Shown here: positions 1 through 12,270 of the stretch, one piece after another | Layout of the letters: each line of letters begins with the position of its first letter | Position numbering within the stretch: position 1 is the first letter of the stretch | NCBI RefSeq assembly: GCF_006345805.1 | Contig: NC_042999.1 | Span: forward strand, 63,984,001 to 64,048,000 | DNA: 64,000 nt | Direction: 5' to 3' | DNA from: Octopus sinensis | Lineage: Eukaryota | Program-made: the position numbers and the translations under genes | Notes under the pieces: generated by a model | Seen by the model: the letters and a program-made list of their open reading frames with translations, nothing else | What the model was told of the DNA's origin: nothing | The model's database searches: none

Positions 1-95
1 CTACTACTACCACCACCACCACCACCACCACCACTACCACTACTACTACTACTACTACCACCACCACACCACTATCACCTCCAATAACACCAACT
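1..95. repeat. (CAC/CTA)n microsatellite
   Basis: Read directly from the sequence. Confidence 0.9.
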
Positions 96-250
96 AATTC
101 TCACTGTGATGGTTATATGAAATATAACAGATTTCAGCAGTTTTTAACACTTCTTTATTTTTGGTAATTGTGCAAGTTATTCTAGTTTAGTGCATGGTTT
201 AACATATAGGTTACATTAGGCAAATTCTGTGCGAATTAAAAAAAAATTAA

Positions 251-408
251 TTCTGTGAATTTTGGCAAAATGTTATTTTTTATTCAGCGAATTTTCGTAA
301 AATATTTTTTTTTATTCGGTGAATTTTGGTAAAATATTATTTTTCATTCGGTGACTTTCGGTAAAATATCATTTATTATTCGGTGAATTTTGGTAAAATA
401 TTTACTAT
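251..408. repeat. ~33-bp minisatellite, 5 copies
   Basis: Unit ttcggtgaattttggtaaaatattatttttta, with substitutions between copies. Confidence 0.8.
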
Positions 409-509
409 TATAAAATGTAATAATTCAATGAAGGCTTTGAGTTGGAAAGATTCCCTTTTTTGAATGTCTGTCTGTTTTCCGCATTATATACAATCCCTTG
501 GCTCACCCC

Positions 510-540
<31 letters not shown>

Positions 541-1617
541 CCCAGCACAGCCCTTTTGATCCCATTGTATTTATTACTCTTTTATCGCCAGGCACAGGCA
601 TAGCTTTGTGGTAAGAAGTTTGCTTCTCAACCACCTGATTTCGGGTTCAGTCCCACTGTACGGCAACTTGGGTGTCTTCCAATTAAGCTCCAGTATGACC
701 AGCCTTGTGAGTGATTTTATTGTATGCATCTATGTATGTGTGTTTGTGTCCCATCCCCTTTCCGCTTGATAACCGGTTTGGTCTATTTTTGGCCTCCTTA
801 ACTTAACGGTTCGGCAAGGAAACAATAGAATAAAAGCTGGACTTAAAAAATAGTGGGATCGTTTATTCGGCTAAAACCTTACAAAGTGGTGCAGCTGCGT
901 GACTAAAGTCTGATGACTAAAACAATTCAAAGTTAAAAGATACAACTGTTTTGCACATCTTTTATACAGCTTCCTTGTTGCCATATTTTATGCATCTTCC
1001 ATGCTTTCATCCTCTAGATGCAGGTATGGCTGTGTGGTTAAGACACCCGCTTTGCAATCGCATGATTAAGTGTTCAGTCCATCTACGTGGCCTCTTGGGT
1101 ACGTGCATACCGATTGAATAGGCAGAGGACTTGAGGATGAAAGCATGGAAGATACATAAAATATAGCAACAAGGAAGCTGTGTAAAAGATGTGCGTAGCA
1201 TAGCTGTATCTTTTATCTTTTGAACAAGTACTAGGGCCGATTTATTTGACTAAACCCTTCAAAGCGGTGCACCAGCGTGGTCACAGTCGAATGACTAGAG
1301 CAATTGAAACATAAAAGAAAGATAACTGTTATGTTCCTATTTTTAAACGGTATCCTTGATACAATCTTTTACACAGCTCTCGTATCTCCAGGTTGTATAA
1401 ATCTCTCTTGTTTTCATTGCAGTTACAGTTCTTTCGTTGCCATTTATACGGTTCTCTTTTATATACATCTTATATACAACTCTCTTTTTCACATCTTTTA
1501 TATAACTTCCTCTCTTTTATGCAATTCACTTATTCATATCTTTCACACGATTCTCTTTCCTTCTTTCTTACAACTCTCTTCTTTTATAAGTCTTATACAT
1601 CGACTCTAGTGCTCAGT

Positions 1618-2000
1618 TAATACTTATTTTATCGTCTCCCAAAAGATGAAAGGCAAAGTCAACCTCGGCGGAATTTGAACTCAGGACATAAAGACCGACG
1701 AAATGCCGCAAAGCACTTTGCCCGGCGTACTATCGATTCTGCTAGCTCGCCGCCTCGATTGTAATATTAATAATAAAAGTAAGGCAGCGAGCTGGCAGAA
1801 TCGTTAGCACGCTGGGCGAAATGCTTAGCGGTGTTTCGTCCGTCTTCGTGTTGTGAGTTTAAATTCTGCATAGGTAGACTTTGCCTCCCATCTTTCGGGG
1901 TCGATAAAATAAGCACCAGTTGAGTACTGGGAGCCGATGTAATCGACTTATTCCCTCCTCGAAATTGCTGGCATTGTGCTAAAATTTGAAATCAATATTA
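1618..2000. mobile_element. Two head-to-head SINE family B copies (1618-1757 minus, 1779-2000 plus)
   Basis: Head ggcggcgagctggcagaa, B-box gagttcaaattcc and central gactttgcctttcatcctttcggggtcgataaa block; the plus copy has the short tail gccttgtgccaaaatttgaaa-type. Other B copies lie at ~7860, 21540, 24255, 41125, 55372 and 63870. Confidence 0.85.
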
Positions 2001-3300
2001 ACAATAAAAAATGTATGTATAGAAAATAGCACCACCGCTAATAGTAATAAAATTAATACATTGTATAGATATAGCCATGTAGTAAACTGTAGTAATGTAT
2101 AAACTCTGCTGACGATATTTCATCTAAATTCACTGACAAACGTAATGGGCAGGGAACGTTACTTGGTATAATCCACCATAAAAATATTTATGTCAGAATA
2201 TTCTTTAGAATTAAAGAGAATTTTCTATCATAGCACAAGTACCATCTGACCTTTAACATTTAGACAGTGAAGCTTTTCTGTTCTAGTATCTCACCCTGGC
2301 TGTTATGGCATAGCAGCATCTAATAATAAACATATAAGGAAATAATATTAGTAATGAAAAATTATCAAACTCCGGTTTAGAAACTAATACGATAAAAAGC
2401 AACAAAAAAATCATGTCATTCAAATTTAAACTGCGTCAGTGAGCACACTGTTGAAAATATTTAGCTCGATTTGGTAAAGGTGCAAAGTTTCAGTAGCCAT
2501 TTCAAATTATTAAGGCATAATTCACGTAGCAACTGTGCTAAGTGGATCAAGACCATTTAGAAGACACGACTGTAAGGATTAGATGGAGGAAGAGAGTATG
2601 TAGGTTAGCTAGAAGAATAGGGGGTGAAACCTTACTAACGGGAGAAAGCGTGAGAGTTAAATGGAAGGAGAGAGAACATTATTCTTATTAAATCATCTAT
2701 AATTACCCCTCATCTCTTTTTCAAGCATCTAGTCAAATGGGCCTCTATGTGGCGATCAGATCTACTAGAAATGGCAGCCAAATCGCTCTCGACACAGAGC
2801 CATCAAAAGCAACGAATGAAACATTAAATGACGTATATCTAACTCTGTAAAAGTTAACTTGGCGCTAAACGAAACAACATCAATAACAACAACAAATAAT
2901 TGTTTTTGATGAAAGGGAGGCGTTAAATTTCCCTCTTTCTCCGTTCTGAATTAAAATCCTGCTGGACTCAACCGTGTCTTGTAAAGTTCTTTAAAATAAA
3001 TCTAAAATATAAAGTCGTATCAAGTAAGTTACATATTTTACCTCCTAGAATCCCCATAAAAACGTCAAGCACAACAGTTCCCGATTCCATTTAATCCAGT
3101 GAAAGTTATTCAAGAATATCAAAGACCTCCACGCGTACATAGCAGCCCTGATACCAGATTCACTGGCTGTTGTTATAATATTGGAGAAAACGAAGGTGTT
3201 TTAGAGAAGAGATTCGATGCAGACTTTTTCGAATCGGAAATATCAGAAATATTTGCTGAAAATTATAATGGAGTATCCTGTCTGTTGAAAACCTATATTT

Positions 3301-3387
3301 TGCATCCGAAGATGGCGGTCCATTTCAAACTGATGTAATGCTTACATTGTTAGATTAAATGAAGCCGCCTGAAACGGCCGTAAGCAC
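3301..3387 (+). ncRNA. Decayed hammerhead with long stem II insertion
   Basis: CCGAAGA (U4C) at 3306-3312; GGCGG/CCGCC stem II (3314-3318/3365-3369) enclosing a 46-nt structured loop; then GAA-AC(ggcc)GT-A, with the palindrome ACGGCCGT and a GUA triplet. Confidence 0.45.
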
Positions 3388-3440
3388 TAATACCTTGATA
3401 TCCTTGTTACTTATTTTATATATATAAATATATATATATA

Positions 3441-3507
<67 letters not shown>

Positions 3508-3651
3508 AGACACTCAATTTACAACCACGTAGTTTCTGGTTCACAATCACTGCGCGGCACCACAGACAGATAACTATAACCTTGGGTCAAGCAATCCCTT
3601 ATGAGTAAATTTTGCAGACAAAAATTGTATGGAAGCCCGTCATATTTATAG

Positions 3652-3834
3652 TTGGAGTTTATAAAAAAAAAAAAAAAACAAAAGACGAAGACAGGTGTGT
3701 AAACAACAAAGAGATGTCTAACGCCCTGGAAGTGAGAAAGTCTTTTATGTTTCGAGGCTACGCTCTTCAACAGAAAGGAACATAGAAATAAGCAAAGAGA
3801 GAAAATAAAAAAGGTTTAGTGGCTAGCGATCAAT

Positions 3835-3835
<1 letters not shown>
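3652..3835 (-). mobile_element. Family G: short Penelope-like terminal repeat with hammerhead-like motif
   Basis: Shares aaaacaaaagacgaag(a/g)caggtg, cgc(t/c)c(a/t)ggaa and the hammerhead block with 43672-43812 and 47843-48046. It abuts a (CA)n microsatellite. Confidence 0.5.
3742..3777 (-). ncRNA. Decayed hammerhead-like motif (family G copy 1)
   Basis: The minus strand reads CTTT-CTGTTGA-A-GAGCgtagCCTC-GAA-ACAT-A-AAAG. One stem II pair is broken and ACGT has decayed to ACAT (CpG-type change). Confidence 0.4.
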
Positions 3836-3893
<58 letters not shown>

Positions 3894-4195
3894 ACACACT
3901 CACATATATATAAAACCTATTTGCATACGCATCGTTTTAAGGAAATTTTGGCACCAGATAAGCATATTTTGACTGTTCATGATTTTTACGTTATAATTTC
4001 TGACCTTTAAATACTTGCGCCTGCATTGATAATCTTTCTTCCATTTCAATAATCGTTTGTAGATCAGAAACATGAAACTTAGTGTAACAATTTAGGTAGC
4101 TTCAACTTTTAAAAGTTAATATATCACTTTACATTTTGAGTTACTTACTTTCTTCTTGTTCTTGCTTAAACACAAGCATCTGGCTGTCTGACTGT

Positions 4196-4199
4196 TTAA

Positions 4200-4264
<65 letters not shown>

Positions 4265-4291
4265 CGATAGATAGATAGATAGAGAAAGAAT

Positions 4292-4379
<88 letters not shown>

Positions 4380-4380
4380 A
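4196..4380. repeat. Compound (ATCT)n/(GATA)n/(GA)n microsatellite
   Basis: Read directly from the sequence. Confidence 0.95.
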
Positions 4381-5114
4381 AGCAGAGGTAGGATAGATTG
4401 AAAGTTTAATGGTGAGTAAACTGTTTTGAAGCTGTAATTTATCATAAATACACACAACACACACGCGTACACACACACACACACACACACACGGGAAATT
4501 TGTCGAGTACTCACTACTTTGATGATGTCATGAAATTGGATGCTGTTTTCTAAGCAACAGCAACAACAACAAACACGTGAGAGAAATAAAGAAACTTGGA
4601 AAATAAACATTATAACAATCACCAAAACAAAACAAAAACAAAAATGGTAACAATAGAAATATTTATTGTTAAGTCAACAAACTATTGTTTATAAAGTGCT
4701 GTTGTGACGTCAATCTATAACACCCGCTTCTACTATCGTATTTTACGTCTGCGGCTCTCTTTTATCTCAATATTTTGATATATTATCTTCAAAATCTGTA
4801 TTATAATGTTTCTAGTTCCATTTCTGAACACAGTATCATGTTCAGCTTACGCCACAATTTTCCCACCACCGAAATGTTTTAGTCTTTGAAAGGAAATAAA
4901 TGAGTTTATGGACATGCAACGTTTCCGATGGTTGTGAACCCCTTTTTACTGTCCCGATAAATATTTGAAAGAAATATTTGAATCAATGGCGCTCAAACGA
5001 TTAACGAATGAAAGGAGATAATGAAATATTTATTTGTGAATATCTTGTTCTTGTTGATTAATTCAAGGCTCACCTATAACAAACAAACATATGAAGAAAA
5101 AGTTTATAACCATA

Positions 5115-5292
5115 GGCGTAGGAGTGGCTGTGTGGTAAGTAGCTTGCTTACCAACCACATGGTTCCGGGTCCAGTCCCACTGCGTGGCACGTTGGGCAAG
5201 TGTCTTCTACTATAGCCTCAGGCCAACCGAAGCCTTAAGAGTGGATTTGGTAGACGGAAACTGAAAGAAGCCCGTCGTATATATATGAGTAT

Positions 5293-5323
<31 letters not shown>

Positions 5324-5556
5324 TATGTATGTGTGTGTGTGTGTGTGTTTGTGTGTCTGTGTTTGTCCCCCCAACATCGCTTGACAACTGATGTTGGTGT
5401 GTTTACGTCCCCGTAACTTAGCGGTTCGGCAAGGAGACCGATAGAATAAGTACTAGGCTTACAAAGAATAAGTCCTGGGGTCGATTTGCTCGACTAAAAG
5501 CGGTGCTCCAGCATGGCCACAGTCAAATGACTGAAACAAGTAAAAGAGAAAAAAAG
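5115..5556 (+). mobile_element. SINE family A (tRNA-like head, internal microsatellite, AAAAGAG tail), near-consensus
   Basis: A-box GTGGCTGTGTGG and B-box-like GGTCCAGTCCC (GGTTCAGTCCC in most copies); 8-bp TSD taaccata (5107-5114, 5557-5564). About 25 copies or fragments occur in the window, e.g. 594, 12345, 25030, 25425, 32150, 41710, 44960, 60530, 60780, 62105 and 62680. Confidence 0.9.
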
Positions 5557-5962
5557 TAACCATACTTATCCTATCTTTCTAAATATCAGGTTTGTTTGTC
5601 CTTTCTTTCAGACAGTAGCATGTGATTTCAGGGAAATTTATCTGCTATTTCTAACAGGTTAAGCGAACACGTAAGATCAAAGAAATTCAAAAAGTGATCT
5701 GAAAATTAAGGGACTTAGTCTAATATTGAAAAGAAAAATTAAGAAATATTTAATGTTCTCGTTTCGGACAACGGTGCGTCATCAGCAGAAACAGAAGAAA
5801 GACCGAGAAGATAGGAAGAGGGAAAGATCTTTCGAATCATATTACAGATTTTATCAAAGCTATTGGGGTAACATGAATGGGCGAACGGGAGTGAGTACAC
5901 AGACATTCTGCTTTATCAAGGCTTAGAATACTCGAATGAATAGTTCCTTGCGCAGTTAAGTA

Positions 5963-6528
5963 TTGGATTGTCCGGAAAGTTCGTCCCGATATTTAAAGGA
6001 AAGCAAAAGGCCAATAAATACTTGCCATTACATTTTTAATCAACCAAATGTGAACCATTTTGTTGCACAATGCGTCTCCATCTTTCCTTTAACTTGAAAA
6101 TACCCTCTTCCCAGAATTGAGGCGGTTTCATGGCAAAGAATTCAACAAGGTACCTCTTTACGTCATCCAAAGAATTGAAATTTTTACCAGTAAGACTATT
6201 CTGCAGAGACCTGAATAAGTGGAAATCCGAAGGAGCAATATCTGGTGAATATGGAGGGTGGGGTAACACATTCCAGCTGAGCTGCAGCAATTTTTGTCTT
6301 GTTCCCAAAGCATCAAGTACCGAAAATTAACTTTCTTATCTTCCATTTTAAAGGGTTACAGAATTAACACAGGTTATAGGAACATAAACATTCTTCCACG
6401 AAAAGATAGCTTAATCTGTGTTCTAAATGGAGGTGTAGTAAAATCCTATTTTATGGACTCAACCATGTTCTAAAATAAGTAAAAAATTAAGCTATTATAA
6501 ATCGGCACGAACTTTCCGGACAGCCCAA
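5963..6528 (-). mobile_element. Internally deleted mariner (566 bp)
   Basis: 28-bp TIRs ttgg(at/gc)tgtccggaaagttcgt(c/g)ccgat with a TA TSD at both ends. The transposase N-terminus MEDKKVNFRYLMLWE is fused to the C-terminus TRQKLLQLSWNVLPHPPYSPDIAPSDFHLF...QNGSHLVD*. Confidence 0.93.
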
Positions 6529-6827
6529 TATATTTGAAAGTAGATCAGTGGAGGAATGACATCGAACTCTCTCATGCACCAAATGGCAATTGCTAAAAAG
6601 TATTCGTGAAGTAAAATCATGTAGCAACACCAAATGGCGGTGCCCCAGCATGACCACAGCTTGTGAGCTGAAACTAGATAAAAATAAAAATAATAAAAAA
6701 TAAATAGACAATGTTCATTGTGTGTAGGTGTGAACGTGCGCGTAGGTGTAGGTATGTGTGCGTGTAATGTGGCGTGTGTGCATAAATGTAGATGTTCGTA
6801 GGTGTATGTATGACACACACACACATA

Positions 6828-7570
6828 CAGGGGTGGTCAAAAGTAGGTATATAGCTTAATATGAGTGGGATGTTCTTTCCGTTTCTCTATTTCTTTTTTC
6901 GGATAAGAATTCAATGATTCTCTGTTCTTGAACATGTTACTTCAGTCTCTCAAGTGCTCAAACCGATGGACTTCCGTGTCTATGAACTCTTGAAGTTGAT
7001 ATTCGACACTTAAGCAGATCTTTGTACCCAGTTCTTTGTTTGCATGAATTTCTTGGCAGATCTTTTTAATGAATTCAATCTTTGGCATCAACAGCGTGCA
7101 GCAGTTTTAGAAAACACTTTGTCTTTGACAACAAGCCAAAAGAAAAATTTCATGAGCGTGAGATCCGGTGATCTTAGTGGCCAATCAACTGGGCCGATCC
7201 AATTGTTCGTCACCTCTTTGTTCAAATACTCACGAACCACAAGAGCGCAGTGTAGGAGTCATGGGGACTCTCCAACAAGAGAGTCCCCATCTTGTTGGAA
7301 ATAAAAGTCATCATTGCCTTGTTGCTGCTTCAATTCAGAAATGGCTTTGCCTTAACATGTTAAGATAAAGGTTTTGGCTAAAGGTTTTGTCAAAGAACAC
7401 AGGTCCTATGACCCCCTGATTTGCTCAGATCTTAACACCTGGTTGATTCACTTGCTGTTCGATTGTGACACGAGGATACCCTGTTGCATAATATACACAG
7501 TTGTGTCTATTAGCAACATCCGAGAGTTTAAAATTGGCTTTGTCGGAAAAACAAAGGATAAGGATAAGTG
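6828..7570 (-). mobile_element. Decayed Tc1/mariner-superfamily element, rosa/DD41D-like (3' half)
   Basis: TA-CAGGGGTGGTCAAAAGTAGG terminus. The minus strand encodes FSDKANFKLS..NRHNC, GVIGPVFFDKT, FYFQQDG and WIGPVDWPLRSPDLTLMKFFFW, and ends HRFEHLRD*. It has stops and frameshifts, and no second TIR was found. Confidence 0.75.
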
Positions 7571-7652
7571 TGAGACAGATAAAGTCATAAGGATATATAT
7601 CGAGAGAGCTCACAAAATGGATAAAGAGAGATGGAGAGAGAGAGAGAGAGAG

Positions 7653-7696
<44 letters not shown>

Positions 7697-8016
7697 CGGA
7701 GCGTTGCAAGGAAACAGCAGAAAGAAAGGATACTAACGTCAGACGTTAAAAATACCATGTCGCACCAAGTAGATTTATATTTTTAGATTAGCGTGTAGTC
7801 GAAATCTTCAAAAATAAAAGAAACTTAAAAATCACAATTTGATAGAAAGCAATATTAAAATTCAGGGTCGATTAAATAAGTACCAGTTACGCACTGGGAT
7901 CGATGTAATCGACTTAATCCCTTTGTTCTTGTTTGTCCTCTCTGTGTTTAGCCACCTTTGAGCAATAAAGAAATAAATATTTATAAATTCCATCGAAGGA
8001 TTATTATTTCTCCCTG

Positions 8017-8070
<54 letters not shown>

Positions 8071-11000
8071 CACACACATATATACACACACAGTCCTTCA
8101 TGCATATATATATACACACACTGTCCTTCACGCATATATATGTATATACAAACACACCGTCCTTCACTGCTCAGGAAAGATAACTTTTTTACGAATTGAA
8201 TGCTTACAGTAATACGCTATATATGTGCATACATGCATGCATGCATCCATACATACATACATATCATAAGGATAGCATTTTGACAAGTGAAAATACACAT
8301 GCATACATAAATATATATATGTATATGTATGCATGTATGTATGCGCGCGCGTGTGCGTTTCAATGTATATACATGTATGAATTTATCTATATTTATTTAT
8401 GTATATATGCATGTATGATATATATAACATATATAAGCATATATATGAGTGTGTGTGTGTGTCTATTTACACACACTGACTCACACTCACACATACACAC
8501 GCACACACACACACGCATTATGTTCTATGCGCTTAGCCTTTAAGTATCAATCACATTCTACACAGAATACTCCTCCGGGTTCACTATGGAGAAACCCATT
8601 AAATACAAAAACAAAATGTAAACAAAAGGAATGATACTATCGCCGCCAAATAAAAAAAATAAATATACCCCTCCACCAAAAAGAAAAAGAAAAACCTCGA
8701 AGATTATTTATTTTATTGTAAATAATACCTTTGAATATTTTTTTGTTACGCATTGATTCACAGACAGACAAAACATAGTTATGTTCAGTATGAGACTCGG
8801 ACTAATTTTGTTATGCATTAGGTAATAGAAAAACAGACTGTAGTTTATATTCTACATAAGACCAGAACTTATTCTGTATGCATTTGACAAGAGAATGATT
8901 AAAAAGTAGTTTAAATTCAGTATGGTTCAACGATTAATTTGTTATTGCGTTAGACTTGGGAAAATTGGTCGTAGGGTATATTTTATATAAGACAACGATT
9001 AATTTGCTACTGCATTGAATTTTCGGCAAATTATAGCTCAGCTGCTTGAAAAATCTACAGCCTCAAAATCATATCTACAGCAACAATATGATTTGTATAT
9101 TTCAAAGTGTTTGGATCTGTTTCAAAATCATTTCCTGGTATGGTTATGTCTGACATCTCTCAAGCTAAACTGGTAACACACCGAGTTTAAGAGACAGAGG
9201 AAGTATGTTTCATTTGAAAACTGCAAGTGTTTAAATTTCGATGCCATGCTGGGTGTCAGCTTAAAACAGAAAAACGGCGAGTGAATCTAACAACATGCCA
9301 CTTCCAGTTCAGTTTCAATAGATTTCATTCGTTTTTGTTTTCTGTTTTGTTGCTTTTAATTTTTGCTTTATATCAACATGTATTTGTAAATAGAACGAAC
9401 CTTGTAATGTAGTGAGGAGCCATTGGCAAAATGAACCCCGACCTGATTTCAGTTCCGAATCGACACAATTTCACTATACCCATGCTGCTAATGCCACTGG
9501 AAAAACATGAATTTCATCATTTCCTACTGGCTCTTAATAGGAAGAAATACAAATATTAGAGTTTTTATAAAAAAAAAAAAAAGGTTAATAAATCACGCAA
9601 ATTTTTTGGCCGGAAAATTCTACTTTCGACAGGAAATTAAATTATAAAAAAAAGAAGATAAATATGTCCTTGTCTTTTAAAAAAACAAACATGCTCCTGG
9701 TGTGTATGGAATTTAGCAGAAAGAAAAAAAAAGGACAGAATGGAGAATCACCATTCATTCATTCATTCATTCATTCATTCATTCATTCATTTATTCATTC
9801 ATTTACTTAATTAGTGCGATATCTATACTATATGAAGTTAAGGCGTGTGGTCTAGTGGTTAGTGTTGGACTCATGGTATCGTGGTTTCAATTCCTAGACC
9901 AGGCGACCCGTTCTGCTCTTGAGCAAAACACTTCATTTCATGTTGCTCCAGTCCACTCAGCTGCCAAAAATGAATAATCCTGCGATGGACTCGCGTCTTG
10001 TCCTAGGGAAAAAAATATATATTCCACAGAAGCCGGAAACCGGACCTTATAAGTCCATAAGACACGGGAAGGATGCTTTATACTATAAGAAGGAAACCTC
10101 CTTACTAATTAAGTGTATGTAAATTTTATCAAAAGAAAGCAGTTTTTAAAATCAAAACTAACTACAAAATTCCAATAAATTCCAGTTTAAATTTTTTTTT
10201 TTATTATCAAAATGTATTTTTCATTCAGAAAACTAAATTCTATTCACTGCGACATGCAATCCTTAACATTTATATTCCTTTTCATCCGCAGTTTCCTTGC
10301 AACACACACGCGTGCACACCCACTACCCCCACACTCTTTTATTCCTCTCCCTCCCTCCCTCCTCTCTCTCTTGTTTTTTATCGCCTCTTTTCCTATTATT
10401 CTCTCTATTTCTTTATCCTTATAACTTTTTTCTCTTCGGTCTTTGTCGCTTCTCTATCTCACAGACTTAGTGAGATAGATATATATATATACAGACACAT
10501 TCCTCTATTCCGATTAGCCCTCATACATGTTTTATAAAATTGAGGAATATAAAGGCGTACACACAACACGTAAACTGTTTTTCAAAAGTTTCGTGTTGCC
10601 CTGTTTTCAAAAAAGATTTTCTAGTTTATGATTTTTGAAAATCTTTAAATATCGTGACTGTAGCAAGTAATTTTGGCAAAAATATTGTGACTGTAGCAAG
10701 TAATTTTGGCAAAAACTTTATAGAAATGTCCACTTTGCACGTCATATCCTACAAGAATTTATATCAGATTACTTGGGATCGATAAAGAACATATAATCAA
10801 TTAAATGCTTTCAGGCGATGTCCCAGCATGCCCACAGTCAAGTGGCTGAAGCCAGTAGCATAATTAAAGAATAACATTTTGAGAACGGCAAAAAACAAAA
10901 CAAAACAAAAACACAATAGAACCGACTACATTGGAATTTGAACTCATGCATCTATCTTTTCCGAGTAACTGCATTCCTGACTACCTATTAGCGCCCACCC

Positions 11001-11575
11001 ATACTAAGCTTTACTTCCTAGATACCGCACTAAATACGTCTTTCCTAGAATTACAACACTTCAGAATTTCCTCTCCACCCGCGTTCTGTAGCAGCCGGTC
11101 AACTGTTGATGAACATGTTCTTCACCCACATTCCGCTCAGAAATCTGAGGTGACCTGGGAAGGTCATTGGCATTGACCATTCTAACTAATTTATAAAAAG
11201 ATAAAACCCGGGGGCTTATAATGTCTAATATCCTATGAAATTGTACTTGAGAGGAACTTTGAGAGAACGTGAACTTTCCATATGTTATATATGTGGGGGT
11301 GTTTATATATGTACGTTTGCATTATATATCTAAATATGTATTGAGCGCTTATATATTATGATATAAATATATATATATTCATCTCGCAAGTGCAAAAATC
11401 GATAATGTGTTTGTTTAGGCCTTATCACATGCATTGAATAGTGAACTTTACTCAGTCAGCTGTTTGACGTGATTATATATAGATTATATATAGATTATAT
11501 ATATTTATATTTTTCATTGATAATTTTATTATTTTACACTTATATTTTAATATATTGATATTTTAGATCGAAAGT

Positions 11576-11618
11576 CCACCTGACGAATGTCATTGAAGAC
11601 ATGAAACGATTGTAGTGG
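11576..11618 (+). ncRNA. Minimal type I hammerhead ribozyme (Penelope-associated type)
   Basis: CCAC-CTGACGA-ATGTC(attgaa)GACAT-GAA-AC(gatt)GT-A-GTGG. All core nucleotides are canonical. Stem II is 5 bp, stem III 2 bp, stem I 4 bp (CCAC/GTGG), and the cleavage triplet GUA ends at 11614. Confidence 0.8.
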
Positions 11619-11709
11619 CGGTTTATTTCTTTATATAAAAATTTTTTATGTATTGATTAAGTCTTTCCTTGTTTGTTTTGCAAAGTAGTGGTTTTGTCTC
11701 GAATTATAT

Positions 11710-11782
<73 letters not shown>

Positions 11783-11796
11783 TATACAGACATATA

Positions 11797-12270
11797 TCTA
11801 TATATATAAAACTCAACTTGTGTGTCTGTGTGTGTATCTGTGTGTGTGTCTGTGTGTTTAACTTCCCGGCACATCTCCTCCTAGCAAATCGTAGAACCAC
11901 AAAAAATGGGTCTCAAAGTTTAGGCGAATGAAAATTGAACTGCGCTATTTCTGTTCCGAAATTCATTTCGCAAGTGCAAAAATCGATAATGTGTTTGTTT
12001 AGGCCTTATCACATGCATTGAATAGTGAACTTTACTCAGTCAGCTGTTTGACGTGAACTGTGTTCACCACGCGTAAATTGCATGAAAAATAAAAAATCAA
12101 GATATAAAAATCGAATCGCTGTAAACATTGTAGAAATTCGGCAAAAAAATGAATTTTCGGGATGTAGCCTGGAGGGTTTTTTCGTATTAATCATTTGGAC
12201 TTTGTGAACACATACCAATTGCTTTCATAACATTTTTAACGCTTTGAATTGTGACCATTTTGCGTTGAGT
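11797..12270 (+). mobile_element. Helitron-type 5' fragment
   Basis: Same A|TCTATATATATAAAACT start as 39959, followed by a (TG/TGTC)n tract. No CTAG 3' end was found, so the end coordinate is approximate. Confidence 0.6.

Noticed and set aside
4196-4285. Palindrome of (ATCT)n against (GATA)n
   Set aside because: A simple microsatellite polarity switch with no further structure.
5115-5190. tRNA genes at SINE heads (families A-D)
   Set aside because: They have A/B boxes but no complete cloverleaf with acceptor stem, and they continue into SINE bodies.
5751-5790. Minus-strand CTGATGA...GAAAC hammerhead candidate
   Set aside because: Stem II does not close, and stems I and III do not pair without assuming several mutations.
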